This document shows positions 21,354-30,621 of a stretch of 64,000 bases of DNA, piece by piece. The notes below the pieces were generated by a model that saw only the letters and a list, made by a program, of their open reading frames with translations, ran no database searches and was not told where the DNA came from. Within the stretch, counting starts at the first letter, position 1, and every line of letters starts with the position of its first letter. A program made the position numbers and the translations under genes. The stretch comes from a virus. Location: positions 28,256 to 92,255 of IMG/VR virus record IMGVR_UViG_3300028829_004116, one strand, 5' to 3'.

Positions 21354-22592
21354 TCACCAAAACTCCATTGATTCGCCTTCTGCTTCTTCTTCAACGACTA
21401 CACCGGTTGCACTTCGAGCATAAACACCATACAAGTTAATTGTCACAGGGTTATATTCACCGTCAATAGGCATTCCGTCTTCATCCTTCTTTTGGGTTTG
21501 ATTTGTTCGCCCAACAATAATAACATCGGAACCAACTCCGAAGTTAATATCAATATGAGAAGGAACCCAAATAGGTGTTGATTCAGGAATATCGTCTTCA
21601 TCGAAACCGTAATTAGCATCGACAGGTTCAACCCAAATAACTCGGTTTCCACTTCGCTCATTAGGAGTAAGATTCATACTCGTAACAATTCCATCAGTAA
21701 CTACAAGGCGCAAACCTTGTTGTTGAGAAATTAGGTCATGGTAAGAATCCAACTCAATCATATCTGCAAGGTATTCTGCTGTATGCTCAACGAGAATGTC
21801 TTCCATAGATTCACCGGAAACATCAATCCATCGAGGGTCTTCTTCATCAAGAACATCGAGATAATTCATACTCGATAGAGTCTTGTTGCGAATACCGTAA
21901 ATTGCATTTCTTTCTTCATTAAACAAACCATAAATGGTAGTCCAACGGAATGTTTCAACATTGAAATTCTTTGCTTGGTCGTTCTTCAATTGAAGGGACC
22001 AAAGTTGCATATCGCCATCTTCTTTCATTCCAATGAAATGCGCTCGAAGTTTAAACTCTTCTTTAGGCAAAGGCTTTCCGTAATTCTTATTTGTATCGCC
22101 AGATGCCCAAGACTTAACAGGGTCAACAGGAACAATCCAATGGTCTTCACCAACTTCCATAGCCGAAGCCGGAAGTTGAGGAATAACTCTTGTGTCCCAT
22201 TCACCATTCTTAACTTGAGTCTTTTCGTAAGACCCACCTTCTGTAAGTGTCACTTCTGCAATCAATTCATCTTTCAATGCTTGTGAAGAATCACTGTTAA
22301 ACTTACTCAACACATTCTTTCGCTTCCATTCCATTACATCACGGGCCGGTTCAATACCGATAAAGAAACCTGTTCCCGCATTACCGAAACCTGTTGAGGC
22401 TGTTCGATTAGATGCAAGACGGCCACGAACATAATTACGAGTCAAAGTCAAAGCAACAAGTTGTTGTCGCTCATCTTCCAAGTCGAGATTATTGCTACTG
22501 CCAATCTCCGTGTATTTTTCATTCATTTCTCCGACTTCAATACTTAGTCGGGTCGCCAAACTGTTCAGTTCTTTTTCTACTCTTTCAATCAT
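21354..22592 (-). CDS. Putative OB-fold ssDNA-binding protein (RPA-like)
   Basis: OB-like C-terminus (FGVGSDVIIVGR...INLYG), acidic tail ending EFW, between RFC and recombinase. Confidence 0.6.
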   Translation of the reverse strand: MIERVEKELNSLATRLSIEVGEMNEKYTEIGSSNNLDLEDERQQLVALTLTRNYVRGRLASNRTASTGFGNAGTGFFIGIEPARDVMEWKRKNVLSKFNSDSSQALKDELIAEVTLTEGGSYEKTQVKNGEWDTRVIPQLPASAMEVGEDHWIVPVDPVKSWASGDTNKNYGKPLPKEEFKLRAHFIGMKEDGDMQLWSLQLKNDQAKNFNVETFRWTTIYGLFNEERNAIYGIRNKTLSSMNYLDVLDEEDPRWIDVSGESMEDILVEHTAEYLADMIELDSYHDLISQQQGLRLVVTDGIVTSMNLTPNERSGNRVIWVEPVDANYGFDEDDIPESTPIWVPSHIDINFGVGSDVIIVGRTNQTQKKDEDGMPIDGEYNPVTINLYGVYARSATGVVVEEEAEGESMEFW

Positions 22593-22621
22593 ATTTTTCA
22601 CTTTCCTTTTTTTTATTTTTT

Positions 22622-23527
22622 TTATTTCATAAACTGTGCTGTGAACCAAGCCACAAGCACCTTTGGAGTCACACTTCTGCTTCTCCACTCCATTTCTCCT
22701 ACTGCACCTACTACCTTAAACTTCTCGGTAGCAGATAATTCCATATCCAAAACACATTGTAAGAGTTTCCCACATATATCTTTTACAGTATGACCTGCAA
22801 AAACAAGCCTATGTAAAAAGTCTAATGCTTCGGGGTTCTTATCAAGAAGTTGCTTCAAACAATTCTTGTAAGGTCCCATGTGTTCATTAAGTAGATTATC
22901 CGGTGTTTTTCCGGAATAAATACACGCCTGTAATTCATTGATTGCTCGGCGCATATCCCCCCCACAAATATCTACAATTTTGCGAGCGTTTTCTTCAGTA
23001 AAATCTGCATTATTCTCGGTAATAATTTCCATTAAACGATTTACCTGAACATCTTCAGGGATTGGTGTAAAGAAATAGTTCGCACAACGAGAACGAATTG
23101 CGTCATCAACAGCATATGGGTCGTTGCAAGCAATAATAAAACGAACATTGGTCGCCCGTTCCATTACTCTTTTCAAGGCCCGTTGCGAATCACGAGTCAT
23201 TCCTTCTAATTCATCAAGAAAACAAATTTTAAACTTGTTCCCAGTTACTGAACGAGTGTTGACAAAGTTGGTAATAGTCTGTCGAACTGTTTCTAATTTA
23301 CGGTCTTGACTCGCATTAATTTCTAAGAAGTCTGTGTCTTTATCATCACCAAGAAAGTGATTAGCCAATACATGGGCCGCAGTTGTTTTACCAATCCCCG
23401 GAACTCCATACATAAGAACCGGAGGTAAATTACCTTTACTTATCCATGTTTCTGCATCGGCAACAAACTTATGTTGTCCAATCAAATCTCCTATTACATT
23501 CGGTCTATATTTTTCTGTCCAATTCAT
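22622..23527 (-). CDS. rfcS: Replication factor C small subunit (clamp loader)
   Basis: WTEKYRP, GVPGIGKT, EINAS, LDE, SRC, GDMRRAIN. Confidence 0.95.
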   Translation of the reverse strand: MNWTEKYRPNVIGDLIGQHKFVADAETWISKGNLPPVLMYGVPGIGKTTAAHVLANHFLGDDKDTDFLEINASQDRKLETVRQTITNFVNTRSVTGNKFKICFLDELEGMTRDSQRALKRVMERATNVRFIIACNDPYAVDDAIRSRCANYFFTPIPEDVQVNRLMEIITENNADFTEENARKIVDICGGDMRRAINELQACIYSGKTPDNLLNEHMGPYKNCLKQLLDKNPEALDFLHRLVFAGHTVKDICGKLLQCVLDMELSATEKFKVVGAVGEMEWRSRSVTPKVLVAWFTAQFMK

Positions 23528-23714
23528 TCAAATCTCTCCTTACTATATTTATCGCATTTGATGGGTCAGTTGCCATCACTTCGACTATTTTTTCTTCTCC
23601 ATTTATTTTAAATTTTACAACATGTAATACTGTTTCCATCATATCCGTTTCTGGAGTATTTGGATATTTGGTATATGAAATAAAGTTTGTAAAGTAGTAT
23701 GGTTCACCCTCCAT
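23505..23714 (-). CDS. Hypothetical protein
   Basis: ORF in operon. Confidence 0.5.
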   Translation of the reverse strand: MEGEPYYFTNFISYTKYPNTPETDMMETVLHVVKFKINGEEKIVEVMATDPSNAINIVRRDLNELDRKI

Positions 23715-23716
23715 TA

Positions 23717-25258
23717 CTACTCACCTATCAAACAATTTGCTGTTAAGACATAACCTGCCACACTAACAGCCGAGCGTAGTGAAGACTTTACAACTCGAAC
23801 AGGGTCAAAAATTTCACCATTTTCTATGAAAGTGTTGGTAATACCGTCGTAAAAGTGTCCCTTCATAATGTCTTTATTAAATGATGAATCCATTCTTTTT
23901 CCATTAATATTATAATATATCTTTTTCAAAGGAGACTTTAATGCTTCATAGAAAACTTTTTGAACACCTAAAGATTGTATATTATTATTACTAATCGAAG
24001 GGGTCAAGTTATAAAGTTCAACACCTGCACCTCGGATAACTCCTTCTGCAATAGCCGCCCTTGTAGCATTCAAGGCATCGTCTACCCTTTCTAATTTATT
24101 TTGAATCTCTTGTTCGGACATTCCACTAATACCAATAACTGCGGCACTACCTTGAAGTTTTCCATAACGAACTGAGTGTTTCTTTTGGTAAAACTCATTC
24201 TCGGCCATAGATTCTTCAACTGCAATTTCATCAAGGCGTTCTAAAAGTAAATCATCATTACCCATGAATCCCAAGAATGCGGCCTTCTTGGATGAAATAA
24301 TTGCCTTATTACATTGTCCGTAGTATGAGGCGTTAATATCAAGTAGCGACATATCTAATTCTTTGTTAATCATTTTACCACCCGTAAAGATAGCCAAGTC
24401 GTTTAACTTCTCAGTCTGCCAAAATGAAATATCTTCTGCTTGCACAATACAAGCGTTGATATTTCCGTTCACTTGATTCATTACAAATGTATTTAGTGCA
24501 ACTGCCCCAATAGAAGTGCATAGAACAATCAAAGGTCGGTTCTTTTTCTTAGCGAATTCAAGTGCAGGAATAAGTTGAGCAAAGTCATTAATATCTGCAT
24601 TTGAAATTAGTATCCACGGTTTTTCAAATGTATTGCTTTCACCAAATATTTTTGTCAAAACAGGGTTAATATATCCCTTGTCGCATTCAAAGCCCTCGAT
24701 AAAAGAAACAGTGTCCTCACCCGTAGGTGAAGGTTCAACTGAGATAACTCCATCGTATCCTATTTTTTCTACGGCTGAGTAAATTAGTTCAGCCATATTT
24801 TCATCATTGTTTGCACTGATTTTTGCTACATGGTAAATATCTCTACCCTCAATCTTCGAGGATAAATTATCCAATTCTTTACATGTTATTTCACACAGTC
24901 TTTCGAGTTCACTACGAATAGCAACACCTGTATATTGACTTAGTAGATTTTTACCATTTTCAATTAGAGATTGAGCCATGATTGTCGAACTCGTAGTTCC
25001 ATCACCAGCATTTTCTTGCGCTCTTGATGCAACTTCGATGACAAGTTTAGCACCTGCATTAGCCATTTTATCTTCAAGAACAATATTTTTTGCAACAGTC
25101 ACACCATCATTAACAACCAAAGGAGGCAAGCCATCTCTTCTATCAATAATAACACTACGAGTTGCAGGGCCTAAAGTCACACCAACTGCATTAGCAACTG
25201 CGTTAACCCCTTCGATTAATTTTTCTCTCGCTTCATTTCCATACAAAATAGACTTCAT
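23717..25258 (-). CDS. groEL: Group I chaperonin GroEL-like
   Basis: TLGP, NDGVTVAK, AGDGTT, DDALNATRAA, DPVRVVKS. Confidence 0.93.
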   Translation of the reverse strand: MKSILYGNEAREKLIEGVNAVANAVGVTLGPATRSVIIDRRDGLPPLVVNDGVTVAKNIVLEDKMANAGAKLVIEVASRAQENAGDGTTSSTIMAQSLIENGKNLLSQYTGVAIRSELERLCEITCKELDNLSSKIEGRDIYHVAKISANNDENMAELIYSAVEKIGYDGVISVEPSPTGEDTVSFIEGFECDKGYINPVLTKIFGESNTFEKPWILISNADINDFAQLIPALEFAKKKNRPLIVLCTSIGAVALNTFVMNQVNGNINACIVQAEDISFWQTEKLNDLAIFTGGKMINKELDMSLLDINASYYGQCNKAIISSKKAAFLGFMGNDDLLLERLDEIAVEESMAENEFYQKKHSVRYGKLQGSAAVIGISGMSEQEIQNKLERVDDALNATRAAIAEGVIRGAGVELYNLTPSISNNNIQSLGVQKVFYEALKSPLKKIYYNINGKRMDSSFNKDIMKGHFYDGITNTFIENGEIFDPVRVVKSSLRSAVSVAGYVLTANCLIGE

Positions 25259-25479
25259 CCTTTCACCGCCACTACATCTTCTAATTTAATAGCAACATAT
25301 TCTATTCCTTCATCGTGAAATGTATATCCATTTTTGTAATAGACATACCTTCCAACCATATCACCAACAGGAGAATCATATACAATTCCTCCATTTTGGT
25401 TCGCATTCAATATAATACCACTGTCAGTGGTAGTTCTTCTTTCATTTTTTATTAACACATAGTCATTCATTTGTTTCAT
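25255..25479 (-). CDS. groES: Co-chaperonin GroES-like
   Basis: MNDYVLIK...TTTDSGIIL mobile loop, ends EDVVAV; coupled to groEL. Confidence 0.85.
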   Translation of the reverse strand: MKQMNDYVLIKNERRTTTDSGIILNANQNGGIVYDSPVGDMVGRYVYYKNGYTFHDEGIEYVAIKLEDVVAVKG

Positions 25480-25748
25480 TTTTTTCACCTCATTAGTCCC
25501 CACGCAATTACTACGAGGGTGATTACATTAACAATAGAAACGCTTATTGCGATTTTATTGGTAATGTGTAATTCGCTTGCCATTTTCTTAGTCAGTTCAA
25601 TTAGAGTCTTCATGTCTTCTTTCATACTCTTTCACCGCCTCGTCTAATGTCATCTCGTTTTCATAACACTCACGCATGAACTTATAGGGTAGCCTATTAA
25701 GCATTTCCCCAGCCCATTTTGTAAATGCTTCTCCATTTCCTTTTCTCA

Positions 25749-26588
25749 TTAAAATTCCTCTAATCCTTTCATTTTTCTTGTTGTTATTCTCTTTCTTCTT
25801 TCCTTACTAATACCCAAAACTTTACATTCTTCGGGTAATAATTTCTTAGCGGCCCACTTAGCATACTCAACATCTTTTACAAGGTTGCGAACTAAGTAGC
25901 CATCTGTTTCCTTTAGTCCTAATTTAAGACATATAGCCGGAAACAGACTCGAAGACTTTCTCTTAGGTGGAGTCATTGTGACATAACCACCCTCCCAAGA
26001 ATAAGCCAATAGCGCATAGAAATAGTCCTTCGGCCATCTATGTAGCGTTGATGCTACAAATGCTAATTTATTGTTATTAGGCATTGAGGCTGAAGCCCAT
26101 GAAAGTATCTGCATAGGTGGGGGTTCATGCAAACGCACACCTTTGTAAAAGTCATCACGGTCTTTCATTTTAATGTAGTTGCCCGTAAGCGACCACATAT
26201 TTGCCTCAAAGGTTTTAACCTCATCACAGTTTTTAGCATATAGTGTTTTAATCACCATTTGATTTCTGTTGGTTCTGCCGCACAGTTTAACTTGACACGC
26301 ATTGATAATTGCTTTAGGAACATCTTTCTTATTAATAGATGTAAGCACTACCTTTCTACCGGAATAGATTAAATCCATAATCTTTTCCTTGTCGGCTTTG
26401 TAATGCACATCTTCAATAATAATGCTCACATCAATAGGCCAAGAATATACATCGTCGATTGGTATATCATTGGCTTGATAACGCACATATTCTTTTGTTT
26501 CTAATGCGGCTGTCGCACTGTAAGTTTTACCTGTACCGGCTTTACCTACAAAAATTTTAGGTTTCTTCTTCTCTTCTGTTATCTTCAT
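25749..26588 (-). CDS. Divergent AAA+ ATPase, possible RFC large subunit
   Basis: GKAGTGKT, IIIEDVH; C-terminal PIP-like KGLEEF. Confidence 0.55.
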   Translation of the reverse strand: MKITEEKKKPKIFVGKAGTGKTYSATAALETKEYVRYQANDIPIDDVYSWPIDVSIIIEDVHYKADKEKIMDLIYSGRKVVLTSINKKDVPKAIINACQVKLCGRTNRNQMVIKTLYAKNCDEVKTFEANMWSLTGNYIKMKDRDDFYKGVRLHEPPPMQILSWASASMPNNNKLAFVASTLHRWPKDYFYALLAYSWEGGYVTMTPPKRKSSSLFPAICLKLGLKETDGYLVRNLVKDVEYAKWAAKKLLPEECKVLGISKERRKRITTRKMKGLEEF

Positions 26589-26907
26589 TTAAAATCATCT
26601 CGAACTCATATCTACTATCGTTGTTCATATGTTCACCGTTGCGAACCATTTCCATTAACCGGATAAATTTACCCCACACTTTGCTCTTTGACGGAACATT
26701 TCGGGGAAAAATATCACATATTCGTAAAACATCAAGTCTTCTACGAATAACTATTGTATCTACTCTACGACCACGCTCTCTTTTTAACTGACAATTAACT
26801 TGTAGTCTTTCAAGTGCTTGGGTCATTGGTATTAACATCTGTTCGGGTAATCGCAACTTAATGTCATACCTCGGTTCCCAACCTCGCTTACTAATAATTC
26901 CTACCAC
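26557..26907 (-). CDS. LAGLIDADG-fold-like protein; frame open upstream to about 26967
   Basis: Upstream in-frame YTEGQIQGILLLAG helix; C-terminal ..V..GEH pattern. Confidence 0.45.
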   Translation of the reverse strand: MVGIISKRGWEPRYDIKLRLPEQMLIPMTQALERLQVNCQLKRERGRRVDTIVIRRRLDVLRICDIFPRNVPSKSKVWGKFIRLMEMVRNGEHMNNDSRYEFEMILNEDNRREEET

Positions 26908-26967
26908 TTTGAACTGTGGTATTCCTGCGAGTAAAAGTATTCCTTGAATCTGTCCTTCTGTATAAAT

Positions 26968-27192
26968 TTAAAGCCCACCGAAGGTATCATACAATGTGAT
27001 TTCCCATGTGTGAAACTCTTTGTGTCCTTTAATAAACATTCCGGCTTTGTCTTTTGGTCCTATGAATTTTTCTCCACAGACAAAACAATGAACGGCAACT
27101 ATTTCACTACCACGCTTTACTCCGTCGTGGCTGATAATGTCTACAATGTTGCCTTCTTCGATAGGTTGTTGGTCTAATTCTTCATCCCACAT
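26968..27192 (-). CDS. Small Zn-finger protein
   Basis: CFVCG...H...H. Confidence 0.55.
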   Translation of the reverse strand: MWDEELDQQPIEEGNIVDIISHDGVKRGSEIVAVHCFVCGEKFIGPKDKAGMFIKGHKEFHTWEITLYDTFGGL

Positions 27193-27505
27193 ACTCTCTC
27201 ATATAATCCCTGAGAGTTTTATTCTTATTATACTTTGCATCAGGAGAGGAGACAATTTTCGTTTTCACGATTTTAGTTTCCGTTTTATTATCCATCATAT
27301 TTTTTAATCTTTTATACAAAACTTTTGCTGCTCTATCGTATCTTTTTTTATCTGCATCTTTCCATGAAGGATAGTTACTAAATGGGGACTTCTTATAAAG
27401 TCCCATTTCTTCTTCTAATACCTCCCACAAAATGCTTTCTAAAAGTCTACTAACTCCTTCTTCTACATTTTTAGGTGCATCTTCGTCGCCATACATAAAT
27501 ATCAA
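27182..27505 (-). CDS. Hypothetical protein
   Basis: ORF in operon. Confidence 0.5.
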   Translation of the reverse strand: MIFMYGDEDAPKNVEEGVSRLLESILWEVLEEEMGLYKKSPFSNYPSWKDADKKRYDRAAKVLYKRLKNMMDNKTETKIVKTKIVSSPDAKYNKNKTLRDYMREYVG

Positions 27506-27699
27506 CTCAATGGTGAAGAAGTAACTTCTTCTAATGTCCAGCGTAGGGTTTTCAAAACTCCACGCAACGCTGTGTAGTTACGCAGACATTCTGCATTTTC
27601 TTTTGTGTCCATTGTTCGTGAATGAAAACGGTCACGCCAATATTTTGCTTCACCTTCTGCTTGTAACAACATTGCCCTAATTTCTTCTTCGCTTTTCAT
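27502..27699 (-). CDS. Hypothetical protein
   Basis: ORF in operon. Confidence 0.55.
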   Translation of the reverse strand: MKSEEEIRAMLLQAEGEAKYWRDRFHSRTMDTKENAECLRNYTALRGVLKTLRWTLEEVTSSPLS

Positions 27700-27701
27700 A
27701 T

Positions 27702-27950
27702 TTATTTCTCCTTATAATTCGGATGATTTTTTGGCAATCTATGTAGTCTGCGGTCACACATATTTTGCATATATTGTGCCACACTTGCTACTGATTGTCC
27801 AAACCTTTTTTCCGCTACATCATCATTAGCGGGAACCATGTCATACTTTACACGCTCAATTGCTTCAGCAATTACTGAAGAATCGAGAAGTGCTTGTAAG
27901 ATTTCATATTCACCGTGGGTCACTGTCTTGATTCTCGACAACATTTTCAC
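27702..27950 (-). CDS. Hypothetical protein
   Basis: ORF in operon. Confidence 0.55.
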   Translation of the reverse strand: MKMLSRIKTVTHGEYEILQALLDSSVIAEAIERVKYDMVPANDDVAEKRFGQSVASVAQYMQNMCDRRLHRLPKNHPNYKEK

Positions 27951-28069
27951 CCCATAGTGCGTGTGTAAATCCTAAAGTATAGTTGCGAATCAATGTAAGT
28001 TTTGCAACCAAAGCCTTTTGACTTGATTTGTTTGCCATGTCGATTGCTTCATCAATTTGTTTAATTAAA

Positions 28070-28372
28070 TTATTCAGCATTCCAATCACCGAACTCTTCT
28101 TCAGTCATTTCTGTTTCTCTTGAAATTACTTCACCTGTATAGGCTTCTTCATCTATTTCATCCACACGATTATCCAACATTGTAAGGTATGCCAATCGAA
28201 CATCTGTTGCTCGTAAGCGTGAATTATTACCACGCTTTTGTGCTTCATAGTTCGACAAGTTAACCAATGCTTCAATCAGTTGTTTCGCTCTTTCTTGAAA
28301 TTCAATTGCCGCATCTTGTGTAACGCCACGCTTTCCTTTCCACATTCTCATTATTTCTCTAATACTAACCAT
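28070..28372 (-). CDS. Histone-fold protein with acidic C-terminal tail
   Basis: VTQDA-x33-ATDVRLA matches archaeal HMf VSDDA-x32-AEDIELA; GGAGG RBS. Confidence 0.7.
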   Translation of the reverse strand: MVSIREIMRMWKGKRGVTQDAAIEFQERAKQLIEALVNLSNYEAQKRGNNSRLRATDVRLAYLTMLDNRVDEIDEEAYTGEVISRETEMTEEEFGDWNAE

Positions 28373-28776
28373 TTTTTCAGTCCTCCTTCTTTATAAAAGT
28401 GTTTTGTTTCAGCAGTTTGGATATTAATACATATCCACATTGAACCTATTAGACTACTGACCTCTAATACTTCCCAATTCTTTTTGAGAATGCCCAATGT
28501 TTTCATAATCATTCCGGAACCATAAATTGTATTATATTCCTTAGAAAGGATGGGCAAGTTATCATGCACATACTGTATAATATGCGGTTGTTGAATACTT
28601 GCCCAAACCTCTCCACTTATTTCAAAAAATCCTGTTCCATTACATACGATACATTTATTTCCCTCGCATACGGGACACTCAATTTCTCTATCACCAAATG
28701 TAGGAAACCTTACAACTCGAAGGCTTCTCGGTCTACTATCTTCGTCATTCTTTCCCCTTCTGTTGTTTTCTCCCAT
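28351..28776 (-). CDS. Zn-finger protein (DnaJ-like CxxCxG repeats)
   Basis: CPVCEGNKCIVCNGTG. Confidence 0.6.
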   Translation of the reverse strand: MGENNRRGKNDEDSRPRSLRVVRFPTFGDREIECPVCEGNKCIVCNGTGFFEISGEVWASIQQPHIIQYVHDNLPILSKEYNTIYGSGMIMKTLGILKKNWEVLEVSSLIGSMWICINIQTAETKHFYKEGGLKKWLVLEK

Positions 28777-29447
28777 ATCATGTGTTCTCCTTTTCCAATA
28801 ACAATTGCTTCTTGATTAATAGGTCGCCAATTACGCAGGGTTCTATTATCTGTTCCAGACCAAAAGGCATAACCAAAGGGATGAGTATGAATCCAACAAC
28901 GGATAGGAATACTCATTCCTGTAACATTTACCCCGCCATAATCTACATAACCCGGACTTCCACTATTCATAAATAGTTTTCCTTTACGGTCTACAATAAC
29001 TGATACTTCAAGGCCCGGTAGAATACTGGTAGAAGCATTCCAAATTGCATCTAAAAATCTACGGTCACGAGGAATATCTTCTCCTTTTCGCAATAAATGT
29101 CCCCAAACTTCATTAATTTCTTTTTGCCAGACTTCAGCAGGAATATCTGTATGTTGAACATTTAGTGGGCCTTTTGGTTCTGTTCCACGGAAAAAGGAAC
29201 TCATAGCCCCTCCTTCGTATTTAGGTTCAACTTTAGCACCGTAAGTTTGTAGGGTTTCTTGAACCCATTCGGTGTTATCTTCTTCACGAATTATTGCTAC
29301 AACTTCATACCTTGAGTTGATAACTAATTCATCAATGTATTCCGCATCGTTCTCAGGTTCCCAAGTTTCATAGAACAAGTCTATCATATCCTCGGTCACT
29401 TCTTCTTCATGTCCAATTATTTCTTCTCTTACTATTTTATCACTCAT
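28710..29447 (-). CDS. JAB/MPN+ metallo-isopeptidase
   Basis: Catalytic E (LEVSV) and H-T-H-P-x5-S-x2-D (HTHPFGYAFWSGTD); probable start 29447, coupled to ThiF. Confidence 0.88.
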   Translation of the reverse strand: MSDKIVREEIIGHEEEVTEDMIDLFYETWEPENDAEYIDELVINSRYEVVAIIREEDNTEWVQETLQTYGAKVEPKYEGGAMSSFFRGTEPKGPLNVQHTDIPAEVWQKEINEVWGHLLRKGEDIPRDRRFLDAIWNASTSILPGLEVSVIVDRKGKLFMNSGSPGYVDYGGVNVTGMSIPIRCWIHTHPFGYAFWSGTDNRTLRNWRPINQEAIVIGKGEHMIWEKTTEGERMTKIVDREAFEL

Positions 29448-30022
29448 GCGCTCACCACAATATGTTTTGGAGTATAATCTCCAGCAAAGAATCTTTGAAC
29501 CCATTGTGCGCCATAACCTGCAACCGCTACATGAGTAAAGTGGACTCCTTGATTACTTTTATCCCAATTATCACCTTGACATGAAAAAGAACCTTCCGGT
29601 CCTGCTGTTAATGTCGAGTAAAGTTTCGGGTCTTCATCCGAACTTACAAGCAAACCGGCTCGACCCTGCGCTCTCAAATCAAGCCATCTAATGCCTGATT
29701 TATAAAGCATCTTTCGCACATCTAAGTTATCAGCACAACATATAACTAAGTCATACCCTTCAATTTGAGAAGGTGTAAGAACCTTATATGGTTGAGATTT
29801 AAAGACAAATCTTTGTGATAGTGCTTCTGCTTTATTCAAGCCAACATCATCAGCATCAAAGTTTTGATAACTTAGGTTTTTCATTTCAACAACATCAGGG
29901 TCATACACTGTAATGTCGTATAACCTCGTAGTTGTAATCATTCTATTTGGTCTATCTAATAGTGAAATCAAGTAAGACCCAATTCCACCGCATCCAATAA
30001 TCATTATTTTATTTTTCTTCAT
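29444..30022 (-). CDS. ThiF/MoeB/E1-family adenylyltransferase
   Basis: GCGGIGS, DPDVVE..NLSYQ, NKAEAL, CCADN; candidate catalytic Cys in FSCQ. Confidence 0.92.
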   Translation of the reverse strand: MKKNKIMIIGCGGIGSYLISLLDRPNRMITTTRLYDITVYDPDVVEMKNLSYQNFDADDVGLNKAEALSQRFVFKSQPYKVLTPSQIEGYDLVICCADNLDVRKMLYKSGIRWLDLRAQGRAGLLVSSDEDPKLYSTLTAGPEGSFSCQGDNWDKSNQGVHFTHVAVAGYGAQWVQRFFAGDYTPKHIVVSA

Positions 30023-30621
30023 ACATATTTCCCCATTTTTTTTACATGTCGCCATACGGTATTTTCACTTACATGAAACATTCTTGCTACCTTACCGTAT
30101 GACAAGTCGGTAGCCAAATATATACAGGACATGAGAACTTCTTTCGTTATTTTCATGTCATCAGATACATAGGTAATTAATTTCTTCGCATTCAAATTAT
30201 GTGTATCACAGAACTCATGCGCCTCTTCAACTGAATAAACTAAGTCTATGTTGAAAATGTTCTGTAATCTTTTAACAACGGTTTTAGCCCTGCGTGTTTT
30301 AACCCCCATGAAGCCGCCCAACTTTGCTAAATTGAGCGACTTGTTGTTAAGGAACACTACTGCTACTGATAGTTCCGACATAGTATAATTACCCTTGAGT
30401 AAGGCAACATAAGATGAGCGAAACATTTTTTTAATTTCTTCTGTTTTTTCTATTCCAAATTCACTACAAATTAGAGATAATTCTACTAAGTTTCTATCCA
30501 CTTTAACGGAATTATTTATCTCCATAATTCTCGAAACATTAATAAAATTACAAGCCTCGCATACATAGAGGTTTATCTCCTTGTCGAATTTATTTCTACC
30601 GGAACAATATAGACAAGGCAT
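30019..30621 (-). CDS. Divergent transcription factor B (TFB/TFIIB)-like protein
   Basis: N-terminal Zn ribbon CxxC-x14-CxxC, cyclin-like helices (CIYLA), C-terminal HTH (YGKVARMFHVSENTV). Confidence 0.7.
   Translation of the reverse strand: MPCLYCSGRNKFDKEINLYVCEACNFINVSRIMEINNSVKVDRNLVELSLICSEFGIEKTEEIKKMFRSSYVALLKGNYTMSELSVAVVFLNNKSLNLAKLGGFMGVKTRRAKTVVKRLQNIFNIDLVYSVEEAHEFCDTHNLNAKKLITYVSDDMKITKEVLMSCIYLATDLSYGKVARMFHVSENTVWRHVKKMGKYV

Noticed and set aside
23500-23527. MNWTEKY at the RFC start as a member of the W-x-D-I-L-K leader family
   Set aside because: This is the canonical RFC WxEKYRP box.
29444-30022. ThiF as a thiamine or molybdopterin biosynthesis auxiliary gene
   Set aside because: No thiG, moaE or sulfurtransferase partner in the window; coupling to JAB and a capped Ubl fits conjugation better, though a sulfur-carrier role is not excluded.
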